DNA of 64,000 nucleotides from a virus (Duplodnaviria; Caudoviricetes): IMG/VR virus record IMGVR_UViG_3300023170_004399, positions 1 to 64,000 of that record; one strand, 5' to 3'. Shown piece by piece: positions 57,576 to 64,000 of this stretch (position 1 is its first letter; each line of letters starts with the position of its first letter). The notes under the pieces were generated by a model. It saw only the letters and a program-made list of their open reading frames with translations, ran no database searches and was not told where the DNA came from. The position numbers and the translations under genes were made by a program.

Positions 57576-58388
57576 ATGAAATTAGTTATGTTTGATATGG
57601 ATGGCACATTAACTGATGCTAGAAAACAAATATCTTTGTCAATGATGACAGCGCTAGGTAACTTACAAAAAAGCGGTTATAAAATAGCTATTGTGACTGG
57701 TTCCGACTTAAATTACATAGAGCAACAATGTGATCCAATTTTTGATATAGGTAGTCCTGTTGATCCAACAGCTATTCTATACTATCCTTGCAATGGCACG
57801 AAAAAATATAATTTTTCAAATGGTAGGTTTTCTTGCGAGTATACTCATAGTTTGTGTCATCATGTTGGAAGAGGAAGATACAGCGATATGATTAAAGCAA
57901 TATTTGACTGTCAAAGTTATTTATTAAGATTAGAAGGTACTGATGGAATATTGTTGACTTCTACGTTTATTGTCTCGCGCGGATCTATGATAAACTGGTC
58001 ACCTATAGGTAGAAATGCTGATAGTAATGATAGAGAGAGATTTGTTGCAGTTGATAAAAAGTATAACATAAGAATGAGTATTTTAGAATACATCGATAAA
58101 AACTATAAAGATTTATTTAAAGGTGTCACAGTAAAGTTAGGTGGTGATACTAGTTTTGATATATTCCCTACGGGATGGGATAAAACTTACGCTTTAAATG
58201 ATCAATTAAACAGTGATATTAAGTACGAAGAGATTATCTTTATGGGCGACCGTTGTGAAGACAATGGCAATGATAAAGAAATTTATGACGCATGTAAAAA
58301 ATTAGAGAATGGAAAATCATACAAAGTAAGAAATTATTTTGAAACAACATACATTATTGAACAAATTATTGGAGGTAAAGATGAGTAG
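57576..58388 (+). CDS. HAD-IIB phosphomannomutase of the eukaryotic PMM/Sec53 type
   Basis: FDMDGTLT, VTGSD, RGSMINWSPIGR, GGDTSFDIFP.GWDKTY, FMGDR....GND. Confidence 0.85.
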   Translation: MKLVMFDMDGTLTDARKQISLSMMTALGNLQKSGYKIAIVTGSDLNYIEQQCDPIFDIGSPVDPTAILYYPCNGTKKYNFSNGRFSCEYTHSLCHHVGRGRYSDMIKAIFDCQSYLLRLEGTDGILLTSTFIVSRGSMINWSPIGRNADSNDRERFVAVDKKYNIRMSILEYIDKNYKDLFKGVTVKLGGDTSFDIFPTGWDKTYALNDQLNSDIKYEEIIFMGDRCEDNGNDKEIYDACKKLENGKSYKVRNYFETTYIIEQIIGGKDE

Positions 58389-58686
58389 TGAAAATGAAAC
58401 AGGCACAATAACAGAATCTGAAAATACACAAGCAGGTGAAATGCAACTTGAGCTGACAGATGATGTTTTAGATAGTTTGGGTTTAATTAAAAGAGAGGAT
58501 ATAGAAAAAATTGCATCCAATAGAGATTTAAAAATACAGCTTATTACTCAAGCAAAAGAAATACTATATAGTAACATTCAGATGCACTGGGAGATAAATA
58601 AAGAATATAAAAAATTGCCAGATGCAAAAGAAATAGTTGATTGCGCAAGTGTATTATATGACTTTGTCACCCAGATAGATGATTGA
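58381..58686 (+). CDS. Hypothetical protein
   Basis: GGAGG SD before ATG 58381. Confidence 0.6.
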   Translation: MSSENETGTITESENTQAGEMQLELTDDVLDSLGLIKREDIEKIASNRDLKIQLITQAKEILYSNIQMHWEINKEYKKLPDAKEIVDCASVLYDFVTQIDD

Positions 58687-58973
58687 TGTTTAAAGAAGGA
58701 GACCTATGTCGTATTGATTTTTCAACAATAGAATCAACCGCAACACTAGATAATACTTTTGTAATGGACAATTCTTATTTTTTTGATACATCACTTGGGT
58801 TTGGTGAACATAAATTAATACTTTTTTTAGAAACTAAGTTTATGGGAGATATATTGAACGAAGACGTTTTTCAATCAACAGTTTTTTGCGTTAATGAATC
58901 GTGTTTTTATCACATTATATTTCGTGCAGACATAATAAATTACACACTTATAGGAGAATTCGATAATGAATAA
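58683..58973 (+). CDS. Small GDLV-type protein
   Basis: FKEGDLCRI. Confidence 0.5.
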   Translation: MMFKEGDLCRIDFSTIESTATLDNTFVMDNSYFFDTSLGFGEHKLILFLETKFMGDILNEDVFQSTVFCVNESCFYHIIFRADIINYTLIGEFDNE

Positions 58974-60591
58974 TTACGATATTAAAAAATATTTCCCGTA
59001 TGACACTGTCAGGGAACAGCAAAGGAATATTATAAATTTTGCGTTACATAATTTTTTGCAAAATAATAAAAAGTTTGTCATAGTAGAAGCTGGTACTGGT
59101 ATTGGTAAATCTGCTATTGGCGTTACAGTAGCCAATTATCTTATTGATCATTTAACAGATGAGACAATGAATAAAAAAGGCGCTTACTATCTTACTACGC
59201 AAAAAGTATTGCAACAACAGTATATCAAAGATTTTGCTACCGTAGATTATGTAAAAATGAAGTCTTTACAATCAGCTTCAAATTATCGTTGTAAATATTA
59301 TACAAATCAAACTTGTGCAGAGTCTTTGCCTGAACTAAAGGTATCTAAAGACGATAGTTTTAAAATGTGCTGTGCCATTAACTGTAATTATTCTAATGCT
59401 AAGAAAGAGTTTGATGAAAGTAATAATGGTGTCACAAATTTTTCTTATTTTTTAACTGAAAAGAATTATAGTGGCAAGCTTTCTAATAAACAAATAATGG
59501 TTATTGATGAATGTCATAACGTTGAAACTGAGTTAAGCAAGTTTGTAGAAATGACTTTTACGCAATATTTTGCTGAAAAAATATTAAAGTTAAAAGTGCC
59601 TGAATTAAAAACCCAGTTCCAAGTTTTGAAATGGATTAAAGAAAATTATCTTCCAGCACTAGTAAAAACTCGGAACAAAATGGAAAAAATGATTGAGTCG
59701 ACTGGTATAAAAGATCGTATAACGGAATTTGTCATGTTAGAAAAAAAGTGGAAAATGGTTGATGGCCATTTGCAAAAAATACAGAAGTTTTTTACTATAT
59801 ACAATAAAGACAACTGGATTATGAATATTGTAAAAACTGATAGGAAAAATTATACTAAGTGGGAATTTAAACCTATTGATGTAAGTCCTTACACTAACGA
59901 AGTTTTATTTTCAAAAGCTGATAAAATACTAATGATGTCTGCAACTATTATAAACAAAGATGCTTTTTGTGAAGTTTTAGGAATTAAAAAAGAAGAATGT
60001 GCATTTATTTCTGTGCCTAGTCCTTTCCCAGTAGAAAATAGACCAATATTGTTTAGTGGTGTTGGTTCAATGAGTTTAAATAATATTGATGCGTCTCTAC
60101 CTAGAATGGCAGTAGCAATTCAAACAATATTACAAAATCATAAAAATCAAAAAGGCATAATTCACTGTCACAATTATAAGATAGCTAAGTATCTCAAGGA
60201 AAAGTTAAAAACAAAAAGACTATTAACACATACTGCTGAGGATAGAGAAAAGGTTTTAAACAGACATATTTTTGAGAAAGCACCAACTGTTTTATTGTCT
60301 CCATCGATGCAAGAAGGTGTTGATTTAAAAGGAAAAGCTAGTGAATTTCAAATATTGTGTAAAGTGCCTTACCCTTATTTAGGTGATAAACTAGTAAAGA
60401 AACGCATGCATAAATGGTCATGGTGGTATCCTTTACAAACGGTAAAAGTAATCATACAATCTGTAGGTAGAAGTATTAGATCATCTGATGACAAAGCAGT
60501 AACATATATTTTAGACAGTGATTGGAACAAATTTTATGGTAGGAATAAAGATATATTCCCAGTTGATTTTCGAAAAGCAATTTTAAAGTGA
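58966..60591 (+). CDS. DinG/XPD-family SF2 helicase
   Basis: REQQ Q-motif, EAGTGIGKS, Cys cluster, DECH, SAT, EGVD, QSVGRSIRS..D. Confidence 0.88.
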   Translation: MNNYDIKKYFPYDTVREQQRNIINFALHNFLQNNKKFVIVEAGTGIGKSAIGVTVANYLIDHLTDETMNKKGAYYLTTQKVLQQQYIKDFATVDYVKMKSLQSASNYRCKYYTNQTCAESLPELKVSKDDSFKMCCAINCNYSNAKKEFDESNNGVTNFSYFLTEKNYSGKLSNKQIMVIDECHNVETELSKFVEMTFTQYFAEKILKLKVPELKTQFQVLKWIKENYLPALVKTRNKMEKMIESTGIKDRITEFVMLEKKWKMVDGHLQKIQKFFTIYNKDNWIMNIVKTDRKNYTKWEFKPIDVSPYTNEVLFSKADKILMMSATIINKDAFCEVLGIKKEECAFISVPSPFPVENRPILFSGVGSMSLNNIDASLPRMAVAIQTILQNHKNQKGIIHCHNYKIAKYLKEKLKTKRLLTHTAEDREKVLNRHIFEKAPTVLLSPSMQEGVDLKGKASEFQILCKVPYPYLGDKLVKKRMHKWSWWYPLQTVKVIIQSVGRSIRSSDDKAVTYILDSDWNKFYGRNKDIFPVDFRKAILK

Positions 60592-60599
60592 GGTAAAAA

Positions 60600-61139
60600 A
60601 TGATTATAAAAGATATATACGAGTTAAAAAAGAAACTAGAAAGCGCAAACCATCTTAGACCCATATATTTAACGTCAGGTGGTTTTGACCCAATTCATCC
60701 GGGGCATGTAAGGTGCATTAAACACACCGGCACTTTAGCAAATAACCCTCATAGGCATCCATATTATGATACTGGTATAGTTGTTGTAGTTGTTAATTCT
60801 GACAATTTTTTAATTAATAAAAAAGGTTTTGCATTCATGTCACTAGATGAAAGAATGGAAATAATTGATGCTATTTCTGGCGTAGATTTTGTAACTTCAT
60901 GGGATAACACAAAAGATGACACTACAGTTTGCAAGCCAATTGAAATACTAAAACCAAAATATTTCACAAAAGGTGGAGATAGATTTGATGCTAGTACTAT
61001 TCCGGAATGGGAAACATGTCAAAAAATAGGTTGTGAAATAATGACTGGTGTCGGGGCTGGTGGAAAAATTCAATCATCTTCTGATTTGGTAAAAAATCTA
61101 TTAAAACAAATATTTAAGAAGGATCAAAAAAATGAGTAA
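60600..61139 (+). CDS. Cytidylyltransferase-like nucleotidyltransferase (RfaE/TagD-like)
   Basis: SGGFDPIHPGH (HxGH), VNSD, ER.EII, KGGD. Confidence 0.85.
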   Translation: MIIKDIYELKKKLESANHLRPIYLTSGGFDPIHPGHVRCIKHTGTLANNPHRHPYYDTGIVVVVVNSDNFLINKKGFAFMSLDERMEIIDAISGVDFVTSWDNTKDDTTVCKPIEILKPKYFTKGGDRFDASTIPEWETCQKIGCEIMTGVGAGGKIQSSSDLVKNLLKQIFKKDQKNE

Positions 61140-61491
61140 TATTAAAAGAGTAAAAAAACCTTGGGGTAGAGAAGAAATTTGGGGTGATATTGATGGTGTT
61201 TGCATAGGCAAGTGTATATTTATCAACATGGGCGAAAGACTTTCTAGACAGTATCATGAAAAAAAAGAAGAGGCAATCTACGTTGTAAGAGGTGTGTTAA
61301 GATTAGAAATAGGCGAAGATGCGGACGGAAATCCGGAACAAGTTATGACTGGAGGCCCAGGTTTTACGTATCATATTAAGCCTGGTTTAATACATAGATT
61401 TTGTTCAAATGGCGGTGACGTAATGCTTTGCGAAATTTCTACATATTACCCGGATGACGTTGTCAGATTAAAAGATGATTACAAAAGATAA
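61132..61491 (+). CDS. Cupin, mannose-6-phosphate isomerase type II C-domain-like
   Basis: KPWG, LS.QYH..KEE, HRF, EIST. Confidence 0.75.
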   Translation: MSNIKRVKKPWGREEIWGDIDGVCIGKCIFINMGERLSRQYHEKKEEAIYVVRGVLRLEIGEDADGNPEQVMTGGPGFTYHIKPGLIHRFCSNGGDVMLCEISTYYPDDVVRLKDDYKR

Positions 61492-61505
61492 ACAAGAGAG
61501 GAATA

Positions 61506-61925
61506 ATGACTGGTGCAGGCATATATGTTGTTAAGTTTAAAAATGATAAACCATTAGTTTTAGGTCTGATAGGACCTGATAATATTATCAAAGACAAAAA
61601 AGGTATATATGATCTGCCAAAAGGTCATGTGGATGGTGGCGAGTCTGTTTGGGAATGTGCTAAAAGAGAATGCTTAGAAGAAGCTGGCATTTGGTTCGAC
61701 CAAAGTGATATACAATATGGCCCAATTATACATAAAAATCTTACGTTATTTATTTGCTTTGCAGAGCCTTTTGTGACATGTAAAATAAAAAGAAACCCTG
61801 TTACTAAAGAAATAGAACATCAAGGTTATAAGTGGTTAACACCAGAAGAATTAGAAAAAGATTGTTATAATTATCTCAAACCCATAATTAGGATATGTAA
61901 TAAAAAATTATCAAACTTGAGATAA
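61506..61925 (+). CDS. Nudix hydrolase
   Basis: Nudix box GHVDGGESVWECAKRECLEEAG. Confidence 0.88.
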   Translation: MTGAGIYVVKFKNDKPLVLGLIGPDNIIKDKKGIYDLPKGHVDGGESVWECAKRECLEEAGIWFDQSDIQYGPIIHKNLTLFICFAEPFVTCKIKRNPVTKEIEHQGYKWLTPEELEKDCYNYLKPIIRICNKKLSNLR

Positions 61926-61928
61926 ACA

Positions 61929-62195
61929 TTGGAAAATTTAAGAAATTTTATTCGTCAAATATTAAATGAAACAAAATATGCACAACATCGATGCTTAGAT
62001 GGTAGTTTAGTTGATCATGATTCTATAGAATGTCTAATAGATGTAGAAAAAAGATTAAAAGATATGTTGTACCATAGAGATGGGTATGACAGAGGTACAG
62101 CTAACAGAGTGCACTACAATGGCTTATTGAGCAATTTAAGGTCAAAAAGACGTAAGTTATTAAAAAAATACCCAGATTATGAAACAATAATTTGA
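61929..62195 (+). CDS. Leader-tagged (class A) small protein
   Basis: NLRNFIRQILNE. Confidence 0.55.
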   Translation: MENLRNFIRQILNETKYAQHRCLDGSLVDHDSIECLIDVEKRLKDMLYHRDGYDRGTANRVHYNGLLSNLRSKRRKLLKKYPDYETII

Positions 62196-62208
62196 TATTA
62201 TTAAAGAC

Positions 62209-62237
62209 TTGAACATTTTTGATAAGCCATGTATAGT
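62209..62237 (+). promoter_or_regulatory. sigma70-type promoter of the yhbH operon
   Basis: TTGAAC-N17-TATAGT. Confidence 0.6.
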
Positions 62238-62256
62238 TATTTAACATGGAGATATT

Positions 62257-63441
62257 ATGAGCTCAGTTTTTAGTCATCACAGAACAACAGCAGATAGATC
62301 TGCTTCCGACAAAAGACGACATAAGCAAAAAATAGAAAAAGCAATAAAAGATGGCATACACAATATTGTAGCAGAAGAAAGTATAATAGGTCAGGATGGA
62401 AAGAAAAAAATTCGTATACCAGTAAGGGGTATAAAAGAATACAAATTTGTTTATGGAGCAAATCAAAAAAACTCACAAAAAGTCGGTGAAGGCGGTGATT
62501 TAGACGTAAAGCGTGGACAAAAAATTTCACAAGGTCAAAAAAAAGGTAAAAAAGGCAAAGATAATAAGGCAGGAGATAAAGCTGGCGAAGAATATTATGA
62601 CGTTGAAATAACTTTAGAAGAGTTGGCTGATTACTTATTTGCTGATTTAAATTTGCCTGACTTGCAAAAGAAAAATCTTAAAAAAATTATTTCATCTGGG
62701 TTTAAAAGAAAAGGTTACAGGAATTCTGGTATAAGACCCAGATTAAGTAAAAAAGAAACAGCGAAAAGACGCATAAAAAGAAAGAACGCAGCAATTAGAT
62801 CAGGTACATATGACCCTGAAAGTGATGAGTCGTTTTCATACCACGATGCTGATTTAAGATATAAACATATTAGTAAGAAAAATAAATACGCTAGTAATGC
62901 TTGTATATTTTTCGTAATGGATGTTAGTGGATCTATGAGTACTAATAAAAAGTATTTAGCTAGATCATTCTTTTTCTTACTTTATCACTTTATCAGATCA
63001 AAATATGAACAAACAGAGATAATATTTATTGCTCATGATACTAAACCATATGAAGTTGATGAAGACAAATTTTTTAAGAGAGGCTCCGGTGGCGGAACAA
63101 TTGTAAGTCCAGCTTACGAATACGTTTGCGATGCAATAGAATCTAGATACAATTCTGATAGTTGGAATTTGTATACATTTCATTGCAGTGATGGTGACAA
63201 TTGGGGTAATGATAATGAAAAAGTATTAACATGCATGCAAAAATTAAAAGAAAAGTGCCAATTTGTAGGATACTGTGAAATAGTGCCTGACAATGAAAAA
63301 TCGTTATGGTTAGATTCTGCGTCTCTTTCAAATACTTTAGCTCATTTGCAAGATGAGAAAATGAAAATATCGCATATAGAATCAAAAAATGATGTTTGGC
63401 CAGCTTTTACAGGATTTTTTGGAGGTATTGATGTCATTTAA
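62257..63441 (+). CDS. yhbH: YhbH/YeaH (DUF444) vWA protein
   Basis: D..RH..KI..AIK, IRIPVRGIKEY.F.YG, MDVSGSM, GGT..S, SDGDNW. Confidence 0.9.
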   Translation: MSSVFSHHRTTADRSASDKRRHKQKIEKAIKDGIHNIVAEESIIGQDGKKKIRIPVRGIKEYKFVYGANQKNSQKVGEGGDLDVKRGQKISQGQKKGKKGKDNKAGDKAGEEYYDVEITLEELADYLFADLNLPDLQKKNLKKIISSGFKRKGYRNSGIRPRLSKKETAKRRIKRKNAAIRSGTYDPESDESFSYHDADLRYKHISKKNKYASNACIFFVMDVSGSMSTNKKYLARSFFFLLYHFIRSKYEQTEIIFIAHDTKPYEVDEDKFFKRGSGGGTIVSPAYEYVCDAIESRYNSDSWNLYTFHCSDGDNWGNDNEKVLTCMQKLKEKCQFVGYCEIVPDNEKSLWLDSASLSNTLAHLQDEKMKISHIESKNDVWPAFTGFFGGIDVI

Positions 63442-63754
63442 ACCTGGAGATTTAGTTAATTACACATGGGAAATATTTAAATCCATACCAGACAAAGATG
63501 GCAATTACAATCCAGGTAATAACGATTATGACCTCGCGGAAACATCAGTTTTGATAGACGATACTGAGAAACTTGGCGGTATAATTGTCGAATGTTTTCA
63601 ATCACACATTATTTCTACAGAGATATTGGTGGAGTTAGAAAAACCAGGTGATTATTTAATTGATTATATTAATGATTGTGAAGATTTTGCAAATGTGTTA
63701 TTTGGCAAAGAGTTGCATGTTTGTTCTTTCAACAATTTAAGGAAAGTGTTATGA
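63431..63754 (+). CDS. Small GDLV-type protein between yhbH and spoVR
   Basis: GGAGG SD; MSFKPGDLVNY...GIIV. Confidence 0.55.
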   Translation: MSFKPGDLVNYTWEIFKSIPDKDGNYNPGNNDYDLAETSVLIDDTEKLGGIIVECFQSHIISTEILVELEKPGDYLIDYINDCEDFANVLFGKELHVCSFNNLRKVL

Positions 63755-64000
63755 GTTGGACATTACAAGATTTAGAAGAGTGGGATGAAAAAATATGTGA
63801 TATTGCAAAGAAGCATAATTTAGATTGGTATCCTATAACATATGAAACATGTGATTACTATGAAATGTTAGGAAATATGTCATATCATGGTATGCCTACA
63901 CATTATGGTCATTGGTCTTATGGTAAATCATTTGAGTTACAACATAGTCAATATCAGCATGGGATGACTGGTCTTCCCTATGAGTTAATCATTAATAGTG
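63751..64000 (+). CDS. spoVR: SpoVR/YcgB family protein (3-prime truncated by the window edge; not in the ORF track)
   Basis: MSWTLQDLEEWDEKI...LDWYP..YE......M...MSYHGMP..Y.HWSYGK.F...GLPYELIINS. Confidence 0.9.
   Translation, partial: MSWTLQDLEEWDEKICDIAKKHNLDWYPITYETCDYYEMLGNMSYHGMPTHYGHWSYGKSFELQHSQYQHGMTGLPYELIINS

Noticed and set aside
57576-58388. Eukaryotic or giant-virus origin of the window suggested by the PMM
   Set aside because: SD sites, sigma70 promoters, tmRNA, radA, yhbH and spoVR indicate a bacterial virus
58966-60591. DinG helicase and Nudix as novel findings
   Set aside because: Ordinary components of large phage genomes with nothing unusual visible
1033-63385. Many short antisense or nested ORFs in the supplied track
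   Set aside because: They overlap longer SD-supported genes and show no motifs; expected shadow ORFs
11439-63389. Upstream-extended starts in the track (11439, 15377, 18003, 18660, 31088, 37525, 43322, 51965, 55057, 58339, 63389)
   Set aside because: Downstream ATGs fit SD position, the leader motif or homology better
1-64000. Alternative genetic code (stop-codon reassignment)
   Set aside because: ORFs tile tightly under code 11 and TAA, TAG and TGA all end genes directly before the next start

Overview
AT-rich, gene-dense, almost entirely plus-strand segment of a large tailed bacteriophage (jumbo-phage-like) genome. The bacterial-virus assignment rests on Shine-Dalgarno sites, ATGA gene overlaps, sigma70-type promoters, a tmRNA, Hsp20, a tail-fibre-like gene and standard code 11. 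The dominant feature is an array (about 0.8-29.3 kb) of 31 otherwise unrelated ORFs that start with a conserved basic amphipathic leader ending in (I/L)-x-E. Class A reads MKxLRKYIRxILxE and class B reads MK/RISKRQLRxIIREEY...LNE; two more clear copies and several variants lie elsewhere in the window. The cargo domains include GNAT-like paralogs, several ADP-ribosyltransferase-like domains and a zincin. My main hypothesis (inference, by analogy to T4 internal-protein capsid targeting sequences) is a large arsenal of capsid-packaged, protease-matured, injected effectors. The array is split at 15-17 kb by an island with a strand-composition switch (candidate replication origin), a GGCC-rich element and a truncated RadA/Sms. 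The right half holds a tmRNA, two giant paralogous proteins, a repeat-flanked GT10 glycosyltransferase, a tRNA-like cloverleaf hidden inside an ORF, an envelope lipoprotein module, MoxR/vWA, eukaryote-type phosphomannomutase, DinG helicase, Nudix, and yhbH plus partial spoVR. All functional calls come from motif recognition by eye; no searches were run.
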